63,135 nt of DNA, filler included, from Sandaracinaceae bacterium (GCA_947483975.1; 3 parts of 3 records of this genome joined end to end with filler, not necessarily neighbours in it), one strand, 5' to 3'. Numbered from the whole stretch's first letter, positions 18,421 to 30,955 are shown. Translations and numbers: made by a program. The notes: generated by a model not told the origin, from the sequence alone.

Positions 18421-21047
18421 GGGGATGGCGGCGCCGGTGCAAGGCCGTCGGCGGCGGTAGGTTGCGGTAAGTCACTGTGGCGTTCAAGCGACAGGAGGCG
18501 GTCGCGCTGCACGCAGGCCGCCGAGCCGGGACCGACCGTGGTGCAGAGCTGCTCCCAGGCGGCGAGGGCGCGCCGATGGTTGCCCAAGCGCTCGGCGGCG
18601 ACGCCGAGGGACGCGAGGACGGCATCGTCGCCGCTGTAGGTGTGGGAGAGCTCGTACGCGACCACGGCTTGGGCAGGATTGCCGAGCTGGAGCTCGAGGT
18701 CCCCGAGGAGGCGCTGGGCTGCCGCGAGGGCAGTCGGGTCGCCGCCGCCCGCCGTGCGGAGCGCGTCGATGGTGGCGCGCACGCCCGACGCGTCGCCGAG
18801 GGCTGCCTGGGTCCGCGCCTTCTGTTGCAGCAGGAAGCCGCCGTCGTCCGTGCGCCGCAGCGCCGCGTCGATCTCGCGGAGCGCCTCCTGAGGCAGACCT
18901 AGGCGGGTGAGCGCATCGACGAGCAGTTCGCTGTCGAGGACTTCGCGTTGTGCTGCGGGCACCGCTCGGAGGGCGCGGACCGCTGAAGCCAGGTCCCCGC
19001 TGCCGATGGAGCGGCGAGCGGCACGCTGCCGCACAGGGGCCGCGTCGACGCCGGACGCGGCGAGCAGCGCATCCACCCGCAGCGCCTCCCGGGAAGTCAG
19101 GGCGAGGCAGGTGGCGAGCGCGCGCAGGTACGGGACGCGCTCGGACGCGCGGCTCGGGATGGAGGTCTCGAAGCCCGCCAGACCGTGCTCGGAAGCGCTC
19201 AGCGCGCATACGGCGGGGGCAGTTCGATCGGGGGCGAGGCGCGCCGCTTCCCGGAGCTCGAGCCACGCTTGTTGGGGGTGACTCGTGGACTGCAGCCAGG
19301 CGGCCGCGAGCAGGTGGGACGCGACCCAGCGGGGCGCGAGCGTCATCGCGCGGTTGAGCCACGCGGGGGCGTCGGCGGAGCGGTGCGCGATGGCGCCCGC
19401 GGCGGCGAGGAGCGGGAAGGTCGGCTCGGAGGGGTGCAGCTTGAGCGCGAGCGCGAGGGCCGCGCGATAGTCGGTGCGTTCCACCTGCTGGCCGACTTCG
19501 TGGAGGCGCGCCTCGAGGGAGGGGACGCTCCAGCGGTCGAGGAACGGCGCGAGGGCCGCGACGCAGACGAGACCGGCGATGCCCGCGACGAGCGCGAGCC
19601 TGCGCAGCGACGGGCCCCGCGCGGGGCCGGGCTCCTCGGTGCGCGGCGCGAGCACCGCGCCGAGCGCGACCGCGACGAGCACGACCACGCCGCTCATCTC
19701 GAGGGAGAAGTCGACGAGGTTCTGCGCCGCGATCCCGACGACGCCGAACAACGCGCCGGCACGCGCCGGCGAGCGCAGGTGCGGGACGGTGCCGAGGATG
19801 GCGCCACCGAAGGCGACGAGCGCGGCCAGGCCAGCCGGCAGCCCCCACTCCGAGAGCCACTGCACGACGAGGTTCTCCGGGTGCGTGACCCTCGAGGTGT
19901 CGCCGAACACGCGCACGAACACCTCCCCGAAGGCGCCGCGACCGACGCCGAACCACGGGGCGTCGGTGATCAGCCGCACGCCGCGCAGCGCCACTCCGAG
20001 CTTCGAGGCGGCGTTCGGCGCCATGAACTTCGGCAGCAGCGTCTCCCAGCCGAGGTAGACCGCGCCGGCGAGGCTGACGGCGACCACGCCGGTCGCGGCG
20101 AGCGCGGCCCACTGCCGGGCGGCCGACTGCCCGGCGCGACCGGCGCGCGTCAGCGCCCAGCCGAGGAGCGAGAGCGCGCCGAGCACGAGCCCGCCGAACG
20201 CCCCGCGGGAGAGTGCGAGCGCGCAGACGCCCGCGCAGGTCAGCGCGCACAAGATCCACGCGATGCGCGCGCGGCGATCGCCCGTCGTCATCGCCAGCCC
20301 CGTGGCGAGCGGCACGGTGAACGCCATCACGCCGCCGAGGTGGTTCGGGTTGAGGAGCGGGCCGAGCACGTCCGCCGAGGCGTAGACGGGCGCATAGAAG
20401 CCGAACACCTGGTGCGCGCCGGTGAGCACGTGGGCGAGCGCGACCACGGCCAAGAGCGCGCCGGACGCGCCGCACGCCGACAGCACCCAGACGCGGTGCC
20501 CGCGCCGGGCGAGGACGTAGCCCGCGAAGAGCGCGGCGAGCGCGGCGATGCCCTTGACCACCTCGAGCCAGGTGCCGCCCGGGGCGCGAGAGAGCGCGAC
20601 GTAGGACGGCGCGGCGTGCCCGAGGAGCGCGGCGGACACCTCCGCGTCCTCGACGCTGCTCGGGGAGAGCAGCCGCACGAGCCCGATGGGCAAGGGCGCC
20701 GCTTGAACGGCGGTCCACACGACGAGGCCGAGGGCGACGGCGAAGAGGGCCGGGGCGCGCTCGCCGGAGCCCGCCGTCGTCGAGAGGCCACAGACGATCA
20801 GCGTCGCCGCCGCGAGGCCCGCGAGGACGCTCGTCGCCCACGGGAACGCCCCGCCGAACAGCATCGGCCCGAGCAGCACGAGCAGCGTCACGCCGCCGAG
20901 CGCGACCTGATCGAGGCGCCCGTCGCGGCGGCGCGCGTCGACGCGGTGCTTGCGGCGCTCGCGACGACGCTGACCCGTGCCGCGCTTGGCTTCGCGGGGC
21001 CGGGGCGGGACGTCGGTGCTCGGCGGGGGCGCTTCGTCTGTGCTCAT
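18417..21047 (-). CDS. O-antigen ligase/Wzy-like membrane protein with C-terminal TPR-like repeats
   Basis: GPLLNPNHLGG, LSRGA, PWFGVGRGAF, HPEN..Q..SEWG; many TM helices; ATGA overlap with wzc; start lies at the contig edge. Confidence 0.8.
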   Translation of the reverse strand: MSTDEAPPPSTDVPPRPREAKRGTGQRRRERRKHRVDARRRDGRLDQVALGGVTLLVLLGPMLFGGAFPWATSVLAGLAAATLIVCGLSTTAGSGERAPALFAVALGLVVWTAVQAAPLPIGLVRLLSPSSVEDAEVSAALLGHAAPSYVALSRAPGGTWLEVVKGIAALAALFAGYVLARRGHRVWVLSACGASGALLAVVALAHVLTGAHQVFGFYAPVYASADVLGPLLNPNHLGGVMAFTVPLATGLAMTTGDRRARIAWILCALTCAGVCALALSRGAFGGLVLGALSLLGWALTRAGRAGQSAARQWAALAATGVVAVSLAGAVYLGWETLLPKFMAPNAASKLGVALRGVRLITDAPWFGVGRGAFGEVFVRVFGDTSRVTHPENLVVQWLSEWGLPAGLAALVAFGGAILGTVPHLRSPARAGALFGVVGIAAQNLVDFSLEMSGVVVLVAVALGAVLAPRTEEPGPARGPSLRRLALVAGIAGLVCVAALAPFLDRWSVPSLEARLHEVGQQVERTDYRAALALALKLHPSEPTFPLLAAAGAIAHRSADAPAWLNRAMTLAPRWVASHLLAAAWLQSTSHPQQAWLELREAARLAPDRTAPAVCALSASEHGLAGFETSIPSRASERVPYLRALATCLALTSREALRVDALLAASGVDAAPVRQRAARRSIGSGDLASAVRALRAVPAAQREVLDSELLVDALTRLGLPQEALREIDAALRRTDDGGFLLQQKARTQAALGDASGVRATIDALRTAGGGDPTALAAAQRLLGDLELQLGNPAQAVVAYELSHTYSGDDAVLASLGVAAERLGNHRRALAAWEQLCTTVGPGSAACVQRDRLLSLERHSDLPQPTAADGLAPAPPSP

Positions 21048-21049
21048 CC

Positions 21050-21149
21050 NNNNNNNNNNNNNNNNNNNNNNNNNNNNNNNNNNNNNNNNNNNNTTAATTA
21101 ATTAANNNNNNNNNNNNNNNNNNNNNNNNNNNNNNNNNNNNNNNNNNNN
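21050..21149. other. Artificial contig linker
   Basis: N44-TTAATTAATTAA-N44, with stops in all six frames. Confidence 0.98.
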
Positions 21150-21150
21150 C

Positions 21151-21630
21151 GCAGAGCCGCCCGTGCAGCCCGGCGCGCCCGCGCATCGGCGTCGGCACGG
21201 CCGCGCGCGTCGCTGGGTCTTTGCTGTACAAACTGATTTCGCCTTCGGCGCGTCGCGCGACTTCTTCTTCAACGCGCTCCTCGGCGCGCGCATCGACTAC
21301 CGCGTCACGCCCGACATCCGCGTCGGCGCGTATCTCGGCTACGCGAACCTGCGCGGCAAGGATGGTCGCGCGAGCAACCTGCTCATGCTCGCGCAGGTCG
21401 AGGACCGCGTCCGCGTCAGCTCGGGCACCGATGTCCGCGTGCCGCTGCGCCTCGCGATCGGCTATCTGCCGAAGAACGGCCCGGTCGTGCGCCTCGCCGC
21501 GGGCGTCGGCTTCCCCATCTCCAACCGCGTCGAGCTGACCTTCGATCTGCTCGCGCCGACCTTCTGGGTGATCCCCGGGCGCACCGTCGTCTCGCTCGAC
21601 GTCGGCGCCGAGGTCGGCTACCGCTTCTAA
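21151..21630 (+). CDS. 3' part of a small outer-membrane beta-barrel-like protein (5'-truncated)
   Basis: Frame open from the contig edge; amphipathic strands; C-terminal VGYRF. Confidence 0.6.
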   Translation, partial: AEPPVQPGAPAHRRRHGRARRWVFAVQTDFAFGASRDFFFNALLGARIDYRVTPDIRVGAYLGYANLRGKDGRASNLLMLAQVEDRVRVSSGTDVRVPLRLAIGYLPKNGPVVRLAAGVGFPISNRVELTFDLLAPTFWVIPGRTVVSLDVGAEVGYRF

Positions 21631-21664
21631 ACTTCAGCGTCGGCGACCGAGTCTCACGCGGGCG

Positions 21665-22387
21665 TCAGAACTTGCCGCGGAGCGCGTCGAAGCGGAGCTT
21701 CCAGACCATCGCGACCGCCTCTGCGAAGATGCGGCGCGACATCTTGCTCTGCCCCGCGCGGCGGTCGACGAACACGATCGGCACCTCCGTCACGCGGAAG
21801 CCGCGGCGGAGCGCGCGATACGTCAATTCGATCTGAAACGAGTAGCCCTCGCTGCGCACCGAGCGCAGGTCGATGCCCTCGAGCGCGCGGCGCGTGAACG
21901 CCTTGTAGCCGCTCGTCAGGTCCCGCACGCGCAGCCCGAGGATCGTGCGCGAGTAGAGCGAACCGCCCTTCGAGAGCACGTGCCGGCCGACGCCCCAGCC
22001 CTCGACTCCGCCGCCCGCGACGTTGCGCGAGCCGATGACGACGTCGGCGCCCGCCTCGAGCGCGCGCAGAAAATCCGGCACGTAGCGCGGGTCATGCGAG
22101 AGGTCCGTGTCCATCTCGAAGACGACGTCGTAGCCCTCGCGGAGCGCGTACTCGAAGCCAGCGATGTACGCCGTGCCGATGCCGAGCTTGCCCGCGCGGT
22201 GCAGCACATGGATGCGCGGATCGCTCTTGGCGAGCGCGTCGGCGAGGTCGCCCGTGCCGTCGGGTGAGGAGTCGTCGACGACGAGCACGTCGACCGCGGG
22301 CGTCACCGCGTGCAGGCGCGAGACGAACGTCTCGAGGTTCTCTCGCTCGTTGTAGGTCGGAGTGACGATGAGAATGCGCGGCGCCAT
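21665..22387 (-). CDS. Polyprenol-monophosphomannose synthase-like GT2 glycosyltransferase
   Basis: PTYNERENL, VDDSSPDGTG, EMDTDLSHDP, DLTSGYK, GYSFQIE, VFVDRRAGQSKMS. Confidence 0.9.
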   Translation of the reverse strand: MAPRILIVTPTYNERENLETFVSRLHAVTPAVDVLVVDDSSPDGTGDLADALAKSDPRIHVLHRAGKLGIGTAYIAGFEYALREGYDVVFEMDTDLSHDPRYVPDFLRALEAGADVVIGSRNVAGGGVEGWGVGRHVLSKGGSLYSRTILGLRVRDLTSGYKAFTRRALEGIDLRSVRSEGYSFQIELTYRALRRGFRVTEVPIVFVDRRAGQSKMSRRIFAEAVAMVWKLRFDALRGKF

Positions 22388-22552
22388 CGCGGCGGCACGC
22401 TAGCAGAGAACGGAGCGCCTTGGGGGCGCGGTCGCCAGCCTCGCGCTGCCTCGACGACGAGCCTCCGATGGGCCGCGCGCTCCCCGAAGTCGGCGGCCCA
22501 AACCCCGGATCGTCGGGATGGTGCGCGCGCGCGAAAGTCGAACTCTCTCGTC

Positions 22553-22783
22553 ATGCCCAACGAGGTTCCAATGGACGTATTCGAGACTCGGCGCTTCGAT
22601 CTGCAGGCACGTGACGACGCCCACTTGCGGCAGCGGCTGACGACCTTCCAGAGCGCCGTGCAGGCGCGGAAGGGCACCATCCTCGACGTCCATTTGGGGC
22701 CGCGCACCCCGAGGAATCAGAGCGTCGCCTCGGTCGTCTATTTGCTCCCGTTGGCGCGCAGCGACGCGCCCGAAGCGGCCTGA
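22553..22783 (+). CDS. Small hypothetical protein
   Basis: 76-aa ORF in an intergenic gap with plausible codon usage; no recognised motif. Confidence 0.4.
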   Translation: MPNEVPMDVFETRRFDLQARDDAHLRQRLTTFQSAVQARKGTILDVHLGPRTPRNQSVASVVYLLPLARSDAPEAA

Positions 22784-22812
22784 GGCCCCCCCTCAGGCGC
22801 GGAGGAGGTCTC

Positions 22813-23979
22813 ATGGAAGCCGCGGAGCTGGCTAGTTCCTACATCCTCGCCGTCGACGACGCGCCGAGCAACTTGGACCTGTTGGCCAGCGCGCTAGGCC
22901 AGCGCGGGCATCGCGTCCGGGCTGTGTCCAGAGGGCGCCTCGCGCTCGAGGTGGCGCGCGCGGTCCCTCCGGCGCTCGTCCTCCTCGACGTCGACATGCC
23001 GGAGATGAGCGGCTTCGAGGTCTGCGTCGAGCTCAAGAAAGACCGGCTACTCGCGCAGATCCCGGTCGTGTTCCTCAGCGGCAACACCAGCCTCGACGAC
23101 AAGGTGCGTGGGTTCGCGGTCGGCGGCGTGGACTACATGACCAAGCCGTTTCACCTCGAGGAGCTGTTCGCGCGCGTCGAGACGCACCTGAAGCTCCGCC
23201 GCCTCCAGGACGCCGTCGACCGGCAGAACCACAAGCTCGAGGCGAAGGTGCAGGTCCAGATCGCCGAGATCTTCTCGTCGAACATCGCGACGATCACCGC
23301 CTTGGCCAAGCTCTCCGAGTGCCGGGACGAGGACACGGGCAACCACATCGTGCGCGTGCAGCAGTACAGCCGGCTCCTCGCGCGACAGTTGGCCGTGTCC
23401 GGAGCCTTTCCTGGGGTCGTCGACGACGCCTTCATCGAGAACCTCTTTCACGCGAGCGCGCTGCACGACATCGGCAAGGTCGGTATCAGCGACGCGATCC
23501 TCCTCAAGCCCACCCAGCACACCGCGGCGGAATTCGAGCAGATGAAGGCGCACTCCGCCCTCGGCGCCGAGGCGCTCGCGGCCATCATGGAGGCGCATCC
23601 GCACAACGCGTTCCTCCGCATGGGGATGCAGGTGGCGAGGTCCCATCACGAGCGATGGGACGGCAGCGGCTACCCGGATGGTCTCGCGGGGGAGGCCATC
23701 CCGCTCGCCGCGCGCATCGTGTTCGTCGCGGATCAATACGACGCGCTCCGCAACAAACGGCCCTACAAGCCGCCCTTCGACGCGCAGCGGACGCACCGGA
23801 TCCTCACCGAGGGCGACGGGCGCAGCGACCCGAAGCACCTGGACCCGCAGGTGCTCCGCGCCTACGAGGCCGTCGCGCCCGACTTCGACGCGATCTGCCA
23901 GCGGTTCAAGGAGCCGCCGACGCCTCGAGCGACCCCGACCGCGAGGCCGCCTGCGAGCCTCCCCGCGCTTCGTGATTGA
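22813..23979 (+). CDS. Response regulator with HD-GYP phosphodiesterase domain (RpfG-like)
   Basis: REC (VDD, LLDVDMP, KPF); LHDIGKVGI, HHERWDGSGYP, YDAL..KRPYK; GGAGG RBS. Confidence 0.93.
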   Translation: MEAAELASSYILAVDDAPSNLDLLASALGQRGHRVRAVSRGRLALEVARAVPPALVLLDVDMPEMSGFEVCVELKKDRLLAQIPVVFLSGNTSLDDKVRGFAVGGVDYMTKPFHLEELFARVETHLKLRRLQDAVDRQNHKLEAKVQVQIAEIFSSNIATITALAKLSECRDEDTGNHIVRVQQYSRLLARQLAVSGAFPGVVDDAFIENLFHASALHDIGKVGISDAILLKPTQHTAAEFEQMKAHSALGAEALAAIMEAHPHNAFLRMGMQVARSHHERWDGSGYPDGLAGEAIPLAARIVFVADQYDALRNKRPYKPPFDAQRTHRILTEGDGRSDPKHLDPQVLRAYEAVAPDFDAICQRFKEPPTPRATPTARPPASLPALRD

Positions 23980-24044
23980 AGCGCGCGGTGCTGGGGTGTA
24001 GTTTTTCGCCCCCACGTCGGAACCCCTCGAGGAGTCACGCGAAA

Positions 24045-25833
<1,789 letters not shown>

Positions 25834-25841
<8 letters not shown>

Positions 25842-27165
25842 CGCGCGAGGGGGGAGCGCCCGCGCTCTCTCGCTCGCCTGGCGCGCGCTCACCGTCCTCG
25901 TCTTCACGAAGCTCGCGCTCCTGCAGTACCTGTGGCTGCGCTTCGGCTCCGAGGAGCTCGACGAGGACGGGCTCGATCGGCTGCGCGGGCGCGTGCTCGC
26001 GCGCTTGCTCGAGCGGCTCGGCGCGACCTTCGTGAAGCTCGGGCAGATCCTCGGCACGCGCCCGGATCTGCTCTCGCCGGGCTACGTCTCGGCGCTCGCG
26101 CGCCTGCACGACGACGTCCCTCCCGCGCCCTTCGCGGACGTCGAGCGAGTGCTCGCGGAGGACCTCGAGCCCGAGGCACGCGCGCGCATCGCGCACATCG
26201 ACAGAGAGCCGCTCGCCGCCGCGTCCGTCGCGCAGGTGCACCGCGCCGTGCTCGACGACGGCTCGGAGGTCGCGCTGAAGCTGCAGCGCCTCGCAGCCCC
26301 CGCCGCCATCGACCGGGACCTGGCGATCCTCGCGGTCGTCGCGCGCCTGCTCGACCGCATCCCCGGGCTCGAGATGCTGTCCCTGCCGGGCGCCGTCGAG
26401 CGCTTCGATCACTCGCTCCGCGGGCAGCTCGACTTCCGCCTCGAGGCCGAGAACAACCTCCGCTTTGCGGCGAATTTCCAGGGAATTGACGGGATCTCGT
26501 TTCCGCGGCTGATCCCAGGCCTCTGCACGCAGCGCGTGCTCGCGATGGAGCTGATCCACGGCGTCAAAGGCACCGAGGCGCACCAGCTCGGGGGGGACCG
26601 CGCGCGGCTCGCGCGCCTCGGCGGCGAGGTCGTGCTCGAGATGGTCTTCGTCGACGGCTTCGTGCACGCCGACATGCACCCGGGGAACGTCTTCTACACG
26701 GACGGCGGCATCGTGCTGATCGACCTCGGCATGGTCGCCGAGATCCCTCCCGAGCTGCAGCGCCCGTGGGCCGAGACCTTCCTCGCGCTGGCGATGCAGG
26801 ACGCGAAGGAGCTCGCGCGCTTGTTTTATGGGCACGCGCCGGTGGTGTTCACTGCCGACTACGCGGCGTTCGAGCGCGACGTGCAGACGCACTTCGCCAA
26901 GCTCTACGGCAAGAAGCTCGGCGAGGTCGAGGTGAGCGAGGCGGTCGGCGGGATCATGAACATCCTGCGCAAGCACCACGTGCAGGTGGAGCCCGTGTTC
27001 ACCGTCGTGCACGTCGCGCTGCTCGTCGCCGAGGGGCTCGGCAAGCAGCTCGATCCGACGCTCGACGTCGTGCAGCAAGCCGTGCCGTATCTGCAGCGCG
27101 CGCTCCTCGAGTCGCCGCCCGGCCGACCGATGACGCGACAGCCGCCGCCGCGCTTGTCGGCATAG
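25834..27165 (+). CDS. ABC1/AarF/UbiB-family atypical kinase
   Basis: FVKLGQ, AAASVAQVH, VALKLQR, HADMHPGN, IDLGM. Confidence 0.92.
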
Positions 27166-27183
27166 CCGTCCGCGTGATAACGC

Positions 27184-28023
27184 GTGCGGGTGCACGCCGT
27201 CGCCGTCACACGCGTTCGTGGGCTCGTTCGCCTCGAGGGCGGCTATCGCGAGGCCCCGCACGCGCTCGCGGAGCCTCCGCGCGAGGAGGTCGTGCAGGCG
27301 CTCGCGGCGCTCACCGGGCAGGACGCGGCGGATTGGCGGATGCGCATCGGGCAGGAGCTGCCGTGGATTCTCTCGTTCGAGCCCGACGCCGAGCGCGCGG
27401 CAGCGCTCGTGCTCGAGTGTCGTCGTCGTGGGCTCGGCGCGGTCTCGTGCGACGTGAGCGAGGCGAGCGCGTGGGCGCCGCGCGGGCGGGCGCTGCTCGT
27501 GCTGCACGAGGACGGCTTCGGCTTCGCGGACGAGGCGCGCGTCATCCCGTACGACGCCGTGCGCGCTGCCGTGTTCGCGACGCTCGACGTCGAGACGAGC
27601 ACCGAGGAGATCGAGCACGTCCGCGTCACGATGAACCGGCACGCCATCCCGCGGACGATGCCGGTCAGCAGCTATCACCGCGAGCGCTCGCGCACGCGCG
27701 CGCTCTTCCTCGTGCTCGGCGGCGGTGCGCCTGATGTGCGCCTCGCGCAGGGCTCGCTGCGCCTCGTGACGACGGGCGGCGCGTCGATGGGGAGCACCTC
27801 GCTCGAGGTCTTCGCGCGCGCCTCCGACGCGCTCATCGCGCGCCTTCCGGGGGCAGTGCGCGACGACCGCCTGCTCAACGCGCGCCGCGGGCGCAGCGGC
27901 TTCTCGACGGCGAGCGACGGGGTCACGCACACGACCTCGAACGTGCGCGAGACGGACCTCGTCGCGCACCTGATCGGGCTCGCGTGGAGCGAGGCGCAGA
28001 TCGATCCCGCGGGGGCGGGCTGA
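27184..28023 (+). CDS. Hypothetical protein
   Basis: Fills the gap in a co-directional gene run with typical GC3 bias; no motif recognised. Confidence 0.6.
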   Translation: MRVHAVAVTRVRGLVRLEGGYREAPHALAEPPREEVVQALAALTGQDAADWRMRIGQELPWILSFEPDAERAAALVLECRRRGLGAVSCDVSEASAWAPRGRALLVLHEDGFGFADEARVIPYDAVRAAVFATLDVETSTEEIEHVRVTMNRHAIPRTMPVSSYHRERSRTRALFLVLGGGAPDVRLAQGSLRLVTTGGASMGSTSLEVFARASDALIARLPGAVRDDRLLNARRGRSGFSTASDGVTHTTSNVRETDLVAHLIGLAWSEAQIDPAGAG

Positions 28024-29202
28024 GTGCCGACCCGCGCGTACGAGCTCGCTCGACCGTCGTTCACCGAGTGGCGCGCCACGTTCTTCGGGCCCGTCGGCGT
28101 GTCGGTGCGCGAGTCCGCGGACGCGGCCTATCGTGCGCTGGCGGAGGCTGCGCGCGCGGCGGGCGTCGAGTTCTTTCAAGAGAAGACGTACTGCGCGGCG
28201 GGTACGCGCGACGAGCTCGGTGACGCCCGCCGCCGGGCGCTGGAGTCCGCGGGCCTCGACGCCTCGACGCCGTGGGCGTTTCTGCGCGGCCGCGAGGACG
28301 TCGGCCCCGGCGAGGACGCGCGCGCCGTGTGCGTGCAGCTCTGGGGCATCACGCGCCGCGCGCCGGGCGTGCGCCTGACGACGGTCGAGGCGGGGCGGCA
28401 CCGCGGGCGCCTGCTCGAGAGCGCCGAGGTGCGGATGTGCTGGCTCGGGCAGGTCGACGGCAGCGATGACGCGGGCGCGCTGCCCCTCGGCGTCGGCGCG
28501 CAGACGACGGCGATGCTCGGTCGCGCCGAGCGCGCGCTCGACGCGCTCGGCTTCACGTTCCGCGACGTCGCGCGCACGTGGATCTACGTGCGCGAGCTGC
28601 TCGCCGACTACCGCGAGCTCAACGCCGCGCGCACTGCGTTTTACGCGGCGCGCGGCATCGGGCGCGGGCCCGACGCGACGCCGTTCCCCGCGAGCACCGG
28701 CATCCAAGGGCGCGCCGCGCGTGAGGATTGTGTGATGGATCTGCTCGCCGTTCGCGCGAGCGGCGAGGCGCGCGTCACGCCGCTCGATCAGAGCGGTCGG
28801 CAGGGCCCCGCGTTCGCGTATGGCTCGTCGTTCTCGCGCGCGATGTCGGTGGACGTCGAGGGGCGGCAGACGCTCTTCGTGTCGGGCACCTCGAGCATCG
28901 GGCCCGACGGCAGCACGCTCTATCCGCACGACGCAGAGCGGCAGTCCGTCGAGATGCTGCTCGGCATCGCCGCGCTCCTCGAACCCCTCGGCGCGGCGCT
29001 CCGCGACGTCGCCGCGGGCACGCTGTTCACGCGCGACGCGCCCGCGCTCGCGGCGTTCGAGAGGGTCGCGCGCGCCCTTTGTTTGCCTGCACTTCCGCTC
29101 GCTCGAGTGCGCGCGGACGTGTGCCGCCCCGACCTGACGGTGGAGATCGAGGCGGTCGTTCACGCGCCCATTCTCTCGACGAAGGGGGGCGCGCGCGAAT
29201 GA
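28024..29202 (+). CDS. Tandem RidA/YjgF-fold protein, FkbO/Hyg5 chorismatase-like
   Basis: VARTWIY, PASTGIQG, YGSSFSRA, LFVSGTSSIG, ADVCRPDLTVEIE. Confidence 0.7.
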   Translation: MPTRAYELARPSFTEWRATFFGPVGVSVRESADAAYRALAEAARAAGVEFFQEKTYCAAGTRDELGDARRRALESAGLDASTPWAFLRGREDVGPGEDARAVCVQLWGITRRAPGVRLTTVEAGRHRGRLLESAEVRMCWLGQVDGSDDAGALPLGVGAQTTAMLGRAERALDALGFTFRDVARTWIYVRELLADYRELNAARTAFYAARGIGRGPDATPFPASTGIQGRAAREDCVMDLLAVRASGEARVTPLDQSGRQGPAFAYGSSFSRAMSVDVEGRQTLFVSGTSSIGPDGSTLYPHDAERQSVEMLLGIAALLEPLGAALRDVAAGTLFTRDAPALAAFERVARALCLPALPLARVRADVCRPDLTVEIEAVVHAPILSTKGGARE

Positions 29203-30308
29203 GCCTCTCGTCTCTCGCCTCGGCCATCGGTCGCCCGCGCAACCTCCCTTATGCGTTCGGCGCGATGCACACCATCGTCGACGCCTCCACGGTGTCGGTC
29301 GTCGTCGGCGCGTCGCTCCTGCACTCCCTCCCGCTCGAGCGCGCGTTCACGCTCGTGCTCACGTACGACCTCATCGCGTTCGGCGCGCAGACGTTCTTCG
29401 GCGCGCTCGTCGATCGCGTCGCGCGGCCGCGCGCGGCGGTGCTCCTCGGGCTCCTCTTCACCGCCGCGTGCGTGGCAGTCGCGCCCGCCGAGCCGACCGT
29501 CGCGATGCTCCTCGCGGGCGTCGGCAACGCCCTCTTTCACGTCGGCGCCGGCACGCTGACGCTCTGCATGGGCCGTGGTCGCGCGGCGCCCTCCGGGCTC
29601 TTCGTCGGGCCGGGCGCGCTCGGCCTCGGCTTTGGCACCTGGCTCGGGCGACAGGGGATCTACCAGCCTTGGCCGTTCTATCTGGCGCTCGCGCTCTGTC
29701 TCGGCGTGACGCTGCTCTTTCGGGACCCGGAGACCTATGCGGTCGTGCCCGACGCGCCGACGTCCGCCGACGAACCTGCGCCGCGCTCGCCCATCCCCTT
29801 CGCCTCCGTGGTCGTCGGCCTCTTGCTCTTCTCGATCACCATCCGCTCGCTCGTCGGCTTCGCGGGCTCGCACGGTTGTCCGCGCGGGCCGACGACGCTC
29901 GTCGCGCTCACGCTCGCCGCGTTCAGCGGCAAGACGCTCGGCGGCTTCGTCAGCGATCGCTTCGGCTGGATGGGCGTCAGCGTCGGGGCGCTGTTGCTCT
30001 CGGCGCCGCTGATCGCGTTTGGCACCGGCAACTTGCTGCTGATCGTGCCCGGGATGTTCCTCTTTCAGATGACGATGCCGGTGACGCTCTCCGCGGTCGC
30101 GCTCGTCATGCCGAAGCGCCCCGCGCTCGCCTTCGGGCTCACCTGCCTCGCGCTCATCCTCGGCACGCTGCCGACGTTCACGCACGCCTTCGACGCGTAC
30201 TACCGCGCTGAGTCGTTCTTGCTCTTGATCGGGCTCTCCGCGCTCGCGCTCTTCGGCGGGCTGCGCGCGCTCCGCCCGGCGCCTCGAGCGCGCGTCGCGC
30301 TCGCCTGA
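29199..30308 (+). CDS. MFS-like integral membrane protein
   Basis: About 11-12 hydrophobic segments; HTIVDA, GNALFHVG, GGFVSDRFG; ATGA-coupled to the upstream gene. Confidence 0.75.
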   Translation: MSLSSLASAIGRPRNLPYAFGAMHTIVDASTVSVVVGASLLHSLPLERAFTLVLTYDLIAFGAQTFFGALVDRVARPRAAVLLGLLFTAACVAVAPAEPTVAMLLAGVGNALFHVGAGTLTLCMGRGRAAPSGLFVGPGALGLGFGTWLGRQGIYQPWPFYLALALCLGVTLLFRDPETYAVVPDAPTSADEPAPRSPIPFASVVVGLLLFSITIRSLVGFAGSHGCPRGPTTLVALTLAAFSGKTLGGFVSDRFGWMGVSVGALLLSAPLIAFGTGNLLLIVPGMFLFQMTMPVTLSAVALVMPKRPALAFGLTCLALILGTLPTFTHAFDAYYRAESFLLLIGLSALALFGGLRALRPAPRARVALA

Positions 30309-30375
30309 GCGTCGCCGTCGCCGCCGCCCCGCGCATGGTAGGCTCGCGCAACGAACGCCCCGCGGCGCCCCCTCC

Positions 30376-30909
30376 ATGCGCAGACCCCTCGTACTCGCGG
30401 TCGACGACACCCCCGCAAGCCTGCAGATGCTGTGCGTCGTGCTCGACTCCGAGGGCGTGGACATCGCGATGGCGTCGAGCGGACCGGAGGCGCTCGCCTC
30501 CGCGCGGAGCTCGCCACCGAATCTGATCCTCCTCGACGTGATGATGCCCGGCATGGACGGGCTCGAGGTGTGCCGCGAGCTCAAGCGGGACATGGGCCTC
30601 TCGCGCGTGCCGGTGATCTTCCTGACGGCGCTCGCGGACACCGAGCACATCGTCGAGGGCTTCGCGGCGGGCTGCGTCGACTACGTCTCCAAGCCTTTCC
30701 GGGAGGCGGAGCTACGCGCCCGCGTGCGCACTCACCTCGAGCTGAATCGGCTGCGAAGCCTGCTGCCGATCTGCAGCCACTGTCACGCGATCCGCGATGA
30801 AGACGACGCCTGGATCCCTGTCGCGACGTACATCTCGAAGAAGGCCGGCGTGAACTTCTCGCACGGGATCTGCCCTTCCTGTTTGCAGACGCACTACCCC
30901 GGACACTGA
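30376..30909 (+). CDS. Response regulator with a C-terminal Cys/His (putative Zn-binding) tail
   Basis: REC (VDD, LLDVMMP, KPF), then LPICSHC...FSHGICPSC. Confidence 0.88.
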   Translation: MRRPLVLAVDDTPASLQMLCVVLDSEGVDIAMASSGPEALASARSSPPNLILLDVMMPGMDGLEVCRELKRDMGLSRVPVIFLTALADTEHIVEGFAAGCVDYVSKPFREAELRARVRTHLELNRLRSLLPICSHCHAIRDEDDAWIPVATYISKKAGVNFSHGICPSCLQTHYPGH

Positions 30910-30955
30910 GGGAGGGCCGCGCGCGTGAGCGCACCGCCGTGCCGATGAGGACAGC

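Noticed and set aside
22779..22797. Hairpin CCTGAGG-N5-CCTCAGG as a terminator
   Set aside because: Short stem, no U-tract, and it lies between closely spaced co-directional ORFs
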